Below the pieces are notes generated by a model. That model ran no database searches. It saw only the letters and a program-made list of their open reading frames with translations, and was not told the origin of the DNA. The translations under genes and the position numbers were made by a program. From assembly GCF_009834535.1 (NCBI RefSeq), contig NC_045696.1:93932001-93996000 (forward strand): 64,000 nucleotides of DNA, given 5' to 3'. The stretch's first letter is position 1, and each line of letters starts with the position of its first letter. The stretch is from Camelus ferus. Lineage: Eukaryota. Below, piece by piece: positions 1 to 13,485 of this stretch.

Positions 1-1744
1 AAAAGCAAATGCAGCGGCCCAGGTGGCCGCATTTCACACCATGGTGCACCACGGAGGCCAAGGCTGACTGGAGGAGAGCTGGTTACGCACCTGACTAAGT
101 AACAGTAAAAGTGGGAGAAGTGGCTGAGCTAGTGTGATTCTCTCTCAAGAAAATGAACTGGGTAGTTACACGTGGAAACTAAAAGGATAACATGAAGCAA
201 GTCAGGACTGTGCTAGGCAACCTCAAGACTAAGTTACAAGAACTCAGTACCTGTGAGCACTCAAGAACTCCCAGGAGAAAAGACAGACATGGTAAAAAGG
301 GAAAATAAGCTGACTCATGCGAGGCAGAGAGCCAACGGGCCACTTCTGAGACTGAGTCACATCGCTGGCCAAGTGCCAGAGGGAAATAGGGTTCCTGCTC
401 TTCCAGAGTTCTGGGCACCTGTATCCATTATTTAGGGAAACTTGAGAGGCTCTGTCCCAGGTAATCTCAAGAACCTAATGAAAGTGGTAGGAGAGTAATA
501 GTATTTGACATCTGAGGGTCTCAGGTGCCTCAATCAACATAAAGTGGAGAAATGGTACTTGGCCTCATGGTATTGTCACAAGGCCTCCATAAACTGAGTG
601 AATTGACCTAGTACAATCCCTGGTGCACGTCCTCTGCAAATATTGGGTCGATAATTTAACTGCATGTAAACAAATTAGTATCGAGATGCCAATGTCTCGG
701 TCCCAGAGCTACAGCTATCCTGCAAGTCAGCTACTGCACTGCCTTATCACACTGAGACCTTGACCCCAGGTGGGCATAAGCTGACCAAACAACAACCACA
801 CTCCTTTGCACATCACTACCAGATGCAGGGTTTCCTGCCTCCCAAAATGGGAGCTGCGCCACTTTTATGTTATTGCAGTTGGATAGGTGGCAGAGTTCCT
901 CTCCTACACCAAAGGGGAAAATAATCTACAGTTTCCTTTCACCGGCAACAACACTTCCTTCTGCAGAAGCTGTGCACTGGCTATAGTCCTTATCTCCCCA
1001 ATGATACATACACAGATAAAAAATGCCATAATAATCTTAAGACATTAGAGAACAGACTAATCCTGGAGAAAATCAACAGGCTACAAGCATGCTGGATAAA
1101 TCAACAAAATTCGAGAGAAATTTTTAAGCACTAGTTCCATGTGTAAAGATTCAATAGTAATTTTGACAGTGATGACATTTCCAATCACCATGGAGACAAA
1201 TCATTCTGTGAATGTGGCTCCGAGAAACAGTTTCATCATTGGACTGAGGGAAGAGACACCACAAGGGGCCGTCTTAAGGTCAGGAGGGCAAAGGCAAGAA
1301 TGTGATTGATGATTTCCACAAACCAAAGCTGTATTATAGAGCCCTTCCCTAGAGTTATTCAGAACTCCTCAAGTAACTGAATCTTGTCTTCTTTCACCCA
1401 ATTATACTATGTTTCTAGAGACGGCTATTGTACTTGAATGCATCCCATTCACCTCCCCAAAAGAAATACCAAGTGGAGGACGAGGCTGTAGTTCAATTTG
1501 ATTTCACAGTATGCAAATATCTACCATGGGCTAACACAGCTCTAAACCATGAAGATGCCAAGTTCTCCAATGCATCAAAGACATTAATTAAATCCAGGAC
1601 GTAGCCAAACAACCATCAAGAATTTTTCCTTTAAAATAAGAATCAAAAACAGCCTCCAAACGAGTCCTAAATGGGAACTTTCCTGGCTGTTTTCATTACT
1701 GAGTGACTTCGTTATTTTCACTCACGGGATTAGGTTTTTGCCTG

Positions 1745-2855
1745 TATTCATGCATTCACACTGTCACTCATAAATTCATCACATACTTATCACAAGCCTA
1801 GTCTAAGTCAGGCATTGCTTCAGGCACTAGCGGTGTAAGAGGAGACAAAGTGAACAAAAGTCTCTGCCTTCATGCAGCTTTTATTCTAGTGGGAATAGAA
1901 GGACAATTAACAAGAAAAGTAAATCACAGTATATTAGAGGGGTAAGTGTCATGAGGATAAGAAATCTCAAGGAAGTAGTGGTGAAAAAGTCTTGCAGCTC
2001 TCTGGAAGAAGAGCTATTTATAGTAAACTGAGGAGATAGCAAGTGCAAAGGTGAGAGCGCACCTTGTACGGGAGGAGCATCAGTGTGACTGAGCAACATG
2101 CAAGACAGAGAAGCAGAAGCTGAGTCCAGAAAGGTAACCAGGGGCCAGAACACACAGTCTCACTGGCCCCTGCAAGGCTTGGCCTTTGACTTTGAGTGCA
2201 GGTAAGAAATCACCTGAGGGTTCACAATAAAGAGACAATATCTCTGTATATTTTAACAGAATCACAAATCAACAATATAACTATACAGCTACTATGTGGA
2301 AAAGAGACCAAAAGGCACCCAGGGAGATGCAGGGAGTTGAGCCAAGAAGCAATGGGGACTATGCATGTCTGTGATGACACGGTGGCAGTGGCGGAGAAGC
2401 TTTATTCTGAATGTAAAAGCAATAGGCTTTGCACCAGATTGGAAGTAGGTTACAGGAGAAAGAGAAGAGTGAGGAATGATACCAAGGTTTTTGAGATCTG
2501 CAACTGGAAAATGGAGTCATTATCTGCTGAGAAAAAGAAGAGATTGTGGGAGAAGCTGATTTGGGTGGGATAGAAGGCAATGATTAAAAGTAAACATTGG
2601 GGCAGGTTAACTTTGAGATGCTGATTAGATACCAGAAATTAAGTTGGATATATTTGTCTGACGCTCAAGGAACAATCCAGTCTAGAGATAGAAACTTGGA
2701 AGTCATCAGAGCAGATGATGTATTTAAAGCCACAAGATTGGATGAGATCACCAAGTGAGTGCAGATAAGAGAGGAGCCCCAAGGATGGAACCTTGGGGAT
2801 CCTCCAACATTTATTTGAGGTTGAAGGAATGAGGAGGAGCCAATGGAGCTCCATA
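1745..2855 (-). mobile_element. L2 LINE 3' fragment
   Basis: Starts with an (attc)n-like L2 3' end; has ctctgccttcatgcagctt...ttctagtggg and aagtgcaaagg hallmarks. Confidence 0.7.
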
Positions 2856-5800
2856 AAGAAGCTCCAGCTGCACTGACTTTATCTTAACTCCTCTGACCCT
2901 CCATCACCCCCAAAGGTCTGGCATTCGTGATGTTCTCTCTGCCTAGAACTCCTTCATCCTGTGCCCGCCCCCCTCCAACAACTACTCTGACCTGACATCT
3001 ATCTGGTTGCTGCTCAGATGGCAGCTCTTGTCACCTCCTCCGCCACCTTCCTCTACTGACAGCTTGTTGCCCCAACAGGTACCTCCTGTCCCAGGATCTC
3101 AGAGCAGCACAAGCATGTCCTTCAAGGCATTAACATAGCAATTCTGCCTCTACTTAGGGGATTGTTTGTTTTCTGTGCTGCCATTCAGACTGTGTGTAAG
3201 AACATGAAAGCAAGATGGAGTCTATTTGGGCTCCCTCTCCAGGTTCTAGAACAGGGCTCTGTGGAGAGCGGCCCTCCATAAAGACTAGGTGGATGAAGAA
3301 ATCATTCATCAATCTCTCTCATAGATTTTCTGCTCAATGAAATAAGACCTTCTTTGTCTGGGTCCCAGATCTGGTTGAAACATCTCCTTTTGTAGTTATG
3401 CCAACCAAAACTATCCCTGCACTCATCTCATCCCACTTTCTTGGAGCACCTGTCGCTTCTGGTCCCCACCTCCCCTCGGGGACTAATGCACACACACCCT
3501 CACTGTCACCTCCCATTGTTCTCTTGGGAGAAACAATAACATTAATATTGGCACGTCCACCGCTCAACTGCCTTTTACTCACTAAGCTCCAACCAGAGTA
3601 GTTTTTGTTTCAATCTCTATATATTTATCAGAAGGGGTTATATAGGTAAAGTTCCATCATCGCTGTAATTCAGAAAAAGAAAAACTTCTAAAGGTGATAT
3701 GAATAACATGGAAACTGTACTCAACATATAGGGAGCTCCAGTAAGGAGCTCCCAGGATTTGGAGGTAAAGTTAAGAAAAACAAATACCCCCAAACTCAAA
3801 CTGAAAACACAAAAGCAAAGATTATAAACAAATATTGACACATACATGAACATTTTCTAAAGAGAAGGTTCATAGCTCACAGCTGTTATCAGATTCTCAA
3901 AGTAGGTCTAACCTCACCAAGAAAAGAAAGATGGCAAAACGCAGACCCATCCTATAGAATAACGCATCCATTGGAAGGAACAGTGAAGATCATCATGTAG
4001 AGACATGAAATGGTTTACAAGACACACTGTCCAGACAAAAAGCAAGTTGTAATATCTGCCCAGCATATTATTTACATAAACACATGTAATCTTTATTTTT
4101 TCCTCACATGTATATTCGTGGATTTTGAGAAGAGTGTTAACCAAACTGAGGCCAGCATTGCCTACAGAGAAGGGGAAAGGATTAGGATTGCATATATGAG
4201 CAAGAGACTTTGGTCTTATCTGAAACATTTAAATTTTTTTTTTCATGGAGGATGTGCTATGTGTTGCTTATATAAGTCAAAATTAATTTTTCAAAAATGT
4301 TAAAGGAACACCATAATCTAACTGTACTGAAATGACAAGAGCTTAACAGAGCGCCATCCTTGCCCCAGGCTAAAGCAGGCCTCAGCTCCAGCCCTCTAAG
4401 CTGGACCAGGATTTCTGCTGGGGGTCCCAGGTCCAGGCACATGGACCTTGAGTTCTGTTTATAAAAACACAAACACACCAGGAGACCTACTATCCAGCTT
4501 AACAGTGTGGATGAGTCTGAAGCCCTGACTGTTTACACTGTGAATACTAAAAGTAAGCCAGACGTGAAAAATGAGAATGTTTTTTCTATTTTTTAAACAT
4601 AAAAGATAGATAATGATAAAAGGCATTAATCACCATCTAAGGTTAAAAAAAAACTTTATGAGACTGCTATGTCGCAAAAACGTAAACGGAAAATTCTATG
4701 ACTGAAGAGATTATTTTAAGCAGCAAGTCACTGAACAACTAAAAATTAATTCAGACAAGTGTGAAAATTTAAGAGAAAAGAATGAAATTTTCTATGACCT
4801 CTAAATGCATTAAGCATTTCTGCAAACAGAATGATATTCAGGTTTATTACATCTGTTAAGCTCTGATTTTTTTTAGAAGGCAAACAGTATGTCTCAAAAT
4901 AAATGTGGTATAAATTCTAAAAAGAATAAGCCCCACCAGATGGAATGGCTAAGACTCCAAACTATGTTATATTTTCAACTGAATGAAATTATATCTATAA
5001 TAAAATGGCCATTTTTCAAATCATCCTTTCTCATTTGGCGTTTCCAGACAGTCACCAGAGCCAACCATTAGTGCCTCAGGAGCTGAGTCCCGAACTCAAG
5101 ACACTAAAGTCTCAATTCTTGCTATGAATCTAGTGAGCCACACTAAGCCGAAGAAGAAAATATTTTAAATACCAGTTCCAGAATAAAGAGCTCACAATTT
5201 TTGAACTAACTGAAGAAATATTCAAAATGATTTAAGATTACTGATAAAGCCACATGTCAGCCAATACAAAGGAAGGGTGCAGTAAGAGGACGGCTATATT
5301 AGGTGTTTATCCACTATATTAGGTGTTGAATTCAAGTGGACAGTTTGCCTGCATGATTGTTTTCGCCTCTGGAGCCCGAACACCCTTGTCAAAGGTACCT
5401 GGCATGTCAAGGTGATGGAAATTACACAAACACACCCCACGGCAAATAAATGGGGTCAGGGCACGGCTGGCGAGCGTGGCTTTGGTGCTGTCACTGAACC
5501 TAACAAAACAAACACTGCTTTCGCAACTGTCATTTTTCAGTACAGTGCATAGTATGTGATGGGGGGAGGGGCCCAATTATGATAAGAAGCGAAAAGACTC
5601 CAGTCAAGATTTCCTTTTAACTTCTGTAGTGCTGTAAGTCCTTCTGGGATCCCACTGAAGGATGTGCATTGGGAGAGCCTGGAGAGCACTGTGCACTCTG
5701 CACGGAGGACGCAGCTGCCCACACCTGCACTCACCCTAACAGGGCTTCGTGTTCCACCCCACACTAGTAACACAGTCAGTATTTCCTTCAGACCCACAAG

Positions 5801-6552
5801 CTTTTCCCAGAGATCCAAGAACTGACGGCCTAGCCCTCACGATGCCATTTTAGGTGAGTGGCTGTGCATGTGGCTTTGTGTGTGTGTGGCAGGTTCCTTT
5901 GTCTCTGGAGGACAAAAATGACTTCAGATTGAAACCTCAAATCCCTTCCAATTATGACCAACCAAAACCTGGGAACCACGATCGTTTCCATTATTTCTCA
6001 AATGTTAAGGCCTGTCAAGGCCTGAAGTGTCTGTCAAGGCCTGAAGAGTAGCATCAAGTTATGTTCCCCGGAATGAAGAAATCCTGTATTTCCAACGAAG
6101 AACACATCTCTATATTCTGACAATCAGCTGAAGGAAGAGTAAGCCAGGCACCATCTGATGACATTAAGGAGCCCTGGTCGTGCTCATGACACCCGAGAGC
6201 ACCCCACCTCTGCACGGAGAGCCTGTGGGCAGCGCCACCATGCCTACACAACCCTTCACCACAAATCCACTTTAATCTTACTGGGGAAGCCAGCGGGAGC
6301 CCCAACTTTCACTATCCTAACAAGGCTCAGTTAAATGCCTCTCTTACACAGCTCTTTCTCCCTCATCCCTAGGTGACTACACTACAGTGAAACCTGTCCC
6401 AACACTGTCTATGGAGAACCACCTGTCACTTGTGTGGTTGTCCAATGAAACAGCAGGAGACACATCATCAACAAACACACCAAGACACATTACAGACAGA
6501 CTGAAGGCTTCAAGACCTTATGCAACAATCAGAAATGACTGCAAACTGCTGC

Positions 6553-6610
6553 TCTTCTGAAGTGTCCCCCACACACTGAATTCTTCTGAAGTGTCCCCCA
6601 CACACTGAAT
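6553..6610. repeat. Perfect 29-bp tandem duplication
   Basis: tcttctgaagtgtcccccacacactgaat twice (6553-6581, 6582-6610). Confidence 0.95.
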
Positions 6611-9549
6611 GCTTCCGACAGTCAACTAAGAAAGGGTACATCGTCTCTGGAGGCAGACAGGGGTTTGCAACAAAGTTTAGAAAATGAACCAACCAACAGC
6701 AGCTAATGCGCGCACACACCCCTCCCCAGCAGAGTCAAGGTCCATGCCCAGTTGAGACTTAACCCTTTGCCAGAAAACCCCTTGTCCTACTCTCTTCCTG
6801 GGACCAAGGCTTTACTCGAAGAAGACTTTTGTATTAAAGACTCGATGGGGACTACCCTACTAACATGGTATTATTCAAAGTTAAATGTGGAAAAATGATG
6901 CAAAAAAATATGAAAGAAGCTTCCCAAGACCCGCCCTAAACACTGCAGACCATTTCATGGCAGGGTCAGGGCACGAGGTCAGACAGAAAGAGCGAGGTGC
7001 CGACCCCTTGTGGAAAACATCCTGACATTTTTCATAATTCACAAAGCCGCCTCTCTCTTTGGAGTCCTAACAGCCACCTGGATATTTACTAACTGCTAGG
7101 CTTCTAAAAAAATAATGGCTGCCCTTCCCTCCTAAAACATCAGCTTTCCTAAAAGCCAGAGCTGCTTGCATTTTTTGGCTGGGAGAGAAGGCAGTGATTA
7201 AAAGAAAACTCACGCGGAAGGGACAGACAAGAACTTCAGGAAGGTGATTCCCCGCAGGGAGGCAGAAAGGAGAAAAGGACTGGAAAGTAAAGTGGTTAAC
7301 CGGACCTGACTTAAAAAACAGACGCCGGTCGATAACGTTAAAACGTTAACATTTGTTCAAGCTGGGTGGCAGGTACCTGGAAATCTACTACCCAAACTTA
7401 TGTTAGAATTTTTCCACATGTTCGAAGTACTTTATAATAAAAAATTAAAATGCTTTAAAAGCGAGGCAGGGACACAAAAAGCACAAAGAAAATGCAAGCT
7501 GGTGCCCAAGTGAGATGAAGTGGCAAAGTCCGATCACGCCACATTGATTTACCGTAATTGCCAAGCAACACAATAAATACACACAAGCCTCCTGGGAACA
7601 CTCAAATCCGAGATAACACATGCTGCAGTGACAACCCACTTTACAGGTTTACATTTAATCACTGGATAGTCTTCTGATATCCATCGTGTGAACAAGAGGC
7701 ACATCGGTATGTTGATCCCTTGCCAAAAAAAACGTACGCCTGTATTTGAAGTTGTACTGAAGGATATGGAGTATTATTTTAATCTAAAGGAAAGCCAAAC
7801 TCCAGGAGGCGTACACATGGCAGCCTGGTTTCTGGTACTAAAGCTGAGTTGGAAGAGACTGTGAGTGACACAGAAGTTAGCATTCAGAGAACAGCAGGAT
7901 TGAGTTCTGTGCTAACAAATGCAGCTGCTTCCACAGAGAAAGAACTCAAAAACGCCACAGTTTTCTTCTCGAGGATCATCTACCAAATGGTCCATACCAA
8001 CCCCAGAGCCACCGTTGGCCTCTGCCAGTTTTTCCAAGTATCTGCTTTGGTGTGTAACATCACAAGATCCCTAGATTAGGGAATAAGGCTACCAATATGC
8101 CAGTTCTGTGAAGAGATGGTACCATCCCCACCATGTGTGAAATTCATAGAAGTATCACAGAAGTTGCCAACTGTTAGAAGAGAGGCCAAGTCTGGCCCAT
8201 AGTTAAATGTCACACAACATTTTTTAAAACTTGAATTAGGATGATATTAGCAAAAGTCTGTACTTCTGTACGCTCTTTTCTCACTATCAGAACATCTGGC
8301 AACACTGGGCTGGTCTGAGCTAAGTGGCAGCTGCTCAAGTTAATAAACCAGGCCTGTGCACCCCAGTCCCCACTTCCCCATCACCCACACTCACTGGCAT
8401 CACTTTTAACACTACGTGCCCTGCCCCTGCAGGCATTTTAATCTGTGGCATAACATGAAGGGTGCCACACCTTGGGGGGTACTGGAAATGCATAACTTCT
8501 CCTTTGCACAAAATCAGGGGGTGGGAGGAAGACAGGAAGAAAGGGCTTGGCTTCTAGAATTCTGGATTCCAATACAGGGCAGAAGAGGAGAGGAAGAGTC
8601 TAAGCCAGACATCATTCCCAACATCAACACACACCCACTTCCATGGTCAAGTTCGTGAGCTGCAACTTAGACAACTTCTTTCCTTACATTGGTGGGTTCC
8701 CTTAATACCTGAGATTCCTGACTCTGAACAATGCTCACTTCAGCTTAAGAGGGAACCACTTCTGTTCCCACACTGCCCAAGGACTCACCGAGGTGCCCTG
8801 GCTGGTTTCTGATACAATGCTCCCACTCCCCCAAGCCTGCCACGGGAATTCCTTTCCACGTGATAATGCATCAGATGCCCACAAATGCTGTACCCAAACT
8901 CACATCCAGTAAACTAAGCATCACACTGTGACACTGTTAAGCCACGGGGAAAAGAAATCATGGCTAAAAACAGAAGATGTTTGATGCAGAGAGGAGAAAG
9001 TACTCATCAACAAAAAATAAGTGTCAGACACTAGCACACAAACGACGCACACAGGGAGGCAGAACAGAATGCCATTCATTAACCATCTTCGAGAATATAC
9101 AGATATGTCTACATCAAAAGAAATTTCCAAGGAAGAACTATAATAAGTTCCCTGTTGTGCACAGGTACATATAAACACATACACACACGTGTACATATAA
9201 CCAAAATTATGATAAAGTTCAGGATATAGTAAGTTACCACTACATATACACTATACAGAAAACAAAAAAAGATACTGAGTAGGAAGTTTCCAGAGTCCAT
9301 AAGACATCATCAGTCTCAAGGCTCCTTATTTTATAAAAACCTGGTAACTCTTCCTGATCAGAACTGTCAAAGCGCATGTTCTCACCAGTGCCAGCAGAGT
9401 TTCAAGAATTATTTTACAATCTCAAGAGAAGGGTCTTTCTCCTTAGAGTTATGGGATCATTGATAGAAAAAATTAAGATCACATCCAGGCATAATTTTCA
9501 CAACCTAGTTTTCTCACGTCCACAGATAGAAAAGAAGATATACACTCAC

Positions 9550-9695
9550 CGCTGAGAGCTGACTCCACGTAGATCTCAGCGGCTTATGGTGAATCACGAT
9601 TCTTTCATCCGATTTCTGTTCTTTGGGCTCCGACTCTTCATCAGAGTCAATGTCAAGGGCCTTTTCTTTGTAGTTCTGATACAGGACAGCGTTTT
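9550..9695 (-). CDS. ARHGEF26: ARHGEF26 146-nt coding exon (ENAVLYQNYKEKALDIDSDEESEPKEQKSDERIVIHHKPLRSTWSQLSA)
   Basis: Acceptor ttcttgcag| at 9696/9695 and donor GCG|gtgagt at 9550/9549. Phase 1 start completes GAA with the previous exon. The peptide matches SGEF just upstream of the DH domain. Confidence 0.96.
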
Positions 9696-10146
9696 CTGCA
9701 AGAAAACCAAACCCTGCATGTCACTAATTGCTCCCTATCACGATGCTACTTGTTCTAAATAAACATCCCTCTCTATACAATGTTTGGTCTCCAGTTTAAT
9801 AAACAAGAGACAAGTGGATTTTGTCACTGAAGGGTCATTACCAAAAAGTGATTTTCTCACTCTCACAGCTCTGTCCCCAATTCACCTGCAGGGGAAGGGG
9901 GGTTCCCACACATGAAATGCCAACTGAAGCAAAGTTTCCACATCTCTGTCCACCACCCACAGACGAATGGTCATGCCTGTTACATCATTGCTTTTTAGGT
10001 CAAGTTGAATGTACACCCTATTATTTATCTATTTAACAAACATTTATTGTACATCTACAATGTGAGAAGGGCTCGAGTAAATGGAAAAGAAAAGCTACTT
10101 CTTGCACTCCTCTGAGCTAAAAATTTACTGAGAAAAATAGTCAAAG

Positions 10147-10930
10147 TCATTCATTCATTTATTCACTCAACTGCTATTTAGAAAATGCCTGCTAGGCATT
10201 TACAACTGCTAGGCACTGGGGATACAAAGAGAATAAAAAAGGTAAAAATCTCATTCTTCATGGAGCTGACACCAGAGTGATGAGAGAATGACAATAAACA
10301 AGTAACTTTTATAATACATTAGATGCTGATAAGTAGCATAGAACAAAAATAAAACAGGGAAAGGAGGAGGGTATGTAAATTTTAAATAGGGTGGTTTAGG
10401 AAGGCCTCACTAAGGCGACATTTAAGCAAATAACAGGTGAGAAAGTGAGCCACTTTTCCAGCTGGGGAAAGAACATCTCATCCTCTTTACAGCACAGGGA
10501 ACCATATTCAATATCTTGTAATAGCCTGTAATGAAAAATATGAAAAGGAATACATGTATACAACCGAATCATTATGCTGTACACCAGAAATTAACACAAC
10601 ATTTTAGACCAACTATACTGCAATAAAATAAACAAATAAGCCAGTAAAATCCCCTAGAAAAAAAAAAATGAACATCCCACCGTAGAGAACAGCAAATACA
10701 AAGGCCCTGGGGCAGGAGTCTGCTTGGTGCATCCACATGAACAAGATCAGCAAGGAAGCCGGTGTGGCTGGAACAGGTTAAGGGAGGGGAGAGAGTACAG
10801 GAGATAGCGGTGGGTGATAAAGAGAGGACAGACCATGCATGGTCTTGTCTCAATGCCACTGAAAAGACTTTGGTTTTTACTCCAAGTGCGAAGGCATGTC
10901 ACTGTAGGGTTGAGGACACAGTGATCTTGC
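10147..10930 (-). mobile_element. L2 fragment interrupted by an L1 3' end
   Basis: cattcattcatt...aggcactggggatacaaag...tcatggagctgac; resumes after 10680 with gaacagcaaatacaaaggccctggggcagg. Confidence 0.75.
10481..10666 (+). mobile_element. Short L1 3' end with a probable 18-nt 3' transduction
   Basis: gcacagggaaccatattcaatatcttgtaat...caactatactgcaataaa, then non-L1 gccagtaaaatcccctag and an A tract. Imperfect TSD aaagaacatctca (10468-10480) / aatgaacatccca (10667-10679). Confidence 0.8.
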
Positions 10931-11884
10931 ACAAATACATACCTACACACCGAGAGATTTATATACAGGTGCTCTGAGAACTGACTGTCAGAAGGATACG
11001 ATCTAGTCTGGGGGATCAGAGAGGAAAAATCTTAAGATTTGAAAGCTGAGAAATTACAGAGCTAAAAAAAAAAGAAAGCCCATGCAAAAAAGCCCTGCAG
11101 CAGGAGGAAATATATTACCCTAGAGGAATAAAGGAAGGTCACGTACTGGAGCATGGGTGTCTAGTGGTCAAAGGGTGCAGGGTAAGTTTAGGGAGAAGAG
11201 CCAGACAGTCCAAGTCAAGCAGAGCTTTGCAAGCAGTGGTAAAGAACTGGATTTTATCCTGAATATTCTGTACACAGGACTGAGGTCCTTTCATATTGTA
11301 AAGATTATATTTTATCCTGATTGTAATGGGAATCCACTGAAAGGAAAGACTTTATTAGATTGGAAGAGAAAAACATTAACAACTTAGGGGACTAGTTAGG
11401 ATGCTACTGAAGTGGTCAATGAAAGACAATGGAGACTTGGGCTATGAGACTTAGAAAGGACTGGGGATGGACTGGATACGGGTCAGACTGGATATGGTGG
11501 GAAGGACGTTTCTTAGCTAAGTACCATAACTGAAAAGTGGAAAAAGAGAACTCCAGAAGAGATTCAGCTTTAGTGGAAAGACTGTGAATTTGGTTTGGGA
11601 CATAGTAAGTTCGAAACGCTTTTCCCATCTACTGAAGCCAGCAAACATCTGCCTCATCTCTCATCAACTACTCCATGCACTGCATGCATGCATGATCACT
11701 AAGTAACACCGCAGTCTGTGCCGGATCTCACTGTTCTCTGATTGCTCAGCACGTGCAAAGCAGATTCTGAGGGTACAGACTGAGTGTCCCCCATCTCTGT
11801 AGTGGCCTTCAAAGTACTCAGTGTTTAGCACAAAATATACACATCCATTGTTGATATGATGTCTCATTCATTCTCAAATAAATG

Positions 11885-12045
11885 TGGGCAATAGTATTAT
11901 CAGCTTCATTTTACCCAGGATGAACCTGAGGCTCAGTGAAGTTAAGATGCTTGCTCAACGTCACTCAACTGGTGAGTAGAAGCAGTAGAATAGGAACCCA
12001 GATTTCTGGTTCCAATATCATAGGTTCTCACCTGTCTACCACACA
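11885..12045 (-). mobile_element. MIR SINE
   Basis: Core cattttac...gatgaacctgaggctcagtgaagttaag...ttgctcaacgtcac. Confidence 0.75.
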
Positions 12046-13445
12046 GCTTTCTGAGTTACATTCTTCTCAGTCATTAACTGTAAGAATCCTGCATTCCTCA
12101 TGCACATATATGTGAAAAAGAATTTCTAGGTCATCATTTTTGAGAAGAGAGGGTGCACAGAAACAGCTCCTTATAAAAGGAAACAACTTAAAACTAGCCA
12201 TAATGAAGGTCTGTCCCCTGACTTAAAAAAAAAAAAAAAAAAGCTTAACATTTTTAACCCTTTGAGGCAAAAGTCTCCAAATCAACATCAAATTCTAAAA
12301 GATGCAAAATGTCTCTCAAAATTGATATTAGGTAGAGACCCTGCTCAATTCATGGTCACAATGTGGTACAAGAGGAAGCAAACTGGACTGAGAACCAGAT
12401 CTCTGTCTCAGTACTGGCTATGTGACAGTGGACAAGGTACCAAACCTCTCAGAGCTTCCAGATTCCTCAGTTATAAAAATCAGGAAGATGAATTTATTCC
12501 TATCAGCTAAAAAACTACACCTGAGTTTCTTCTCCATAGAGAACAGTTTTCTAAGATTGGTACAATAAGTAGATTTTTAGAAATTGGTCATGTTTGAATG
12601 ATCCAATGGGAACTGATTTTTATGAAATTATATGGGGAAATGTTTGCCATCACCCAAGGTGATACAATTCTGGGTGGTTACATGTTAGATTTACTTACAG
12701 AGGGGCATACCCTTCTTCATGATTCTTTAAAATCTTAGCATTTCAGAGCATGAAAGAAAGTAACTACCCTCACCTCCACCACGCTTTTCCAGCCCAACTA
12801 GGGCTGCAGCTGGGCCTTCTCCCTTCATGCTCATCCAGTACATTGACAGTGAATACATCTACTTACACAAAGTCCACTAATCTGATTAGGGTTTGAACAC
12901 CTGGTGGAAGCTGCTTTTGTGTTGAGATCCGTCACAAAAATACTGCATGGGTTCCAAATTCTTAGAGGAGTATGTTTCTGTCAGCCAGAGTTAGATTTCC
13001 CCTAAATTGAAACTTGATTCAGAAACAGGAAGTCACAAATGATATCAAAATGCAGAAAAATACTGGGAAAAGAATATTAAGTCTAAGGAAATATGACTTA
13101 AGATCTAAATGCCAAACTCCCAGAATTTTTAACTGAAGAGCCAGAGCTCCCTCTTACTCCATTTTTTTGTGGGAAGTCGGGACAGAGCCAGAGTAGAGAA
13201 GAAGTAAAAATCCCAGAACACTGGTCTGACAAAGTCATCTGCTTACAAAGAATGCCATTAATTTCATTCACTGCTGGTATCACTAGATGAAAACTGAGCT
13301 TAGCACAGAGCTTTGCACTATATAATTTGGGAAGAAGTTGTACATTTTTCTCCCCTTGTGTTTTTGTTACTTCAGTTGGATTTCAACTTATAATTGATAT
13401 TCCACATTGAAACAGCAATAAAAGTCTGGAAAATCAAGTGCTTAC

Positions 13446-13485
13446 CTTCCCCATCAAATGTTCCTTGTCCTTTCAGCATTTTTTT
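13446..13485 (-). CDS. ARHGEF26: ARHGEF26 40-nt coding exon (KKMLKGQGTFDGE + G)
   Basis: Minus strand: tttcttag|AAA AAA ATG CTG AAA GGA CAA GGA ACA TTT GAT GGG GAA G|gtaag. Continues the frame from GRIK and matches the remembered SGEF sequence. Confidence 0.95.

Noticed and set aside
41..60. REST/NRSE-like gcaccacgga
   Set aside because: Only 10 central bases match; both flanks of the 21-bp motif fail.
6553..6610. CRISPR-like 29-bp repeat
   Set aside because: Two abutting copies with no spacers in mammalian DNA; a simple tandem duplication.
1..9549. Next ARHGEF26 exon (VKRKGLSQ...QEERKRQE-like) and the DH domain
   Set aside because: No matching sequence found by eye; presumed to lie beyond the left edge.
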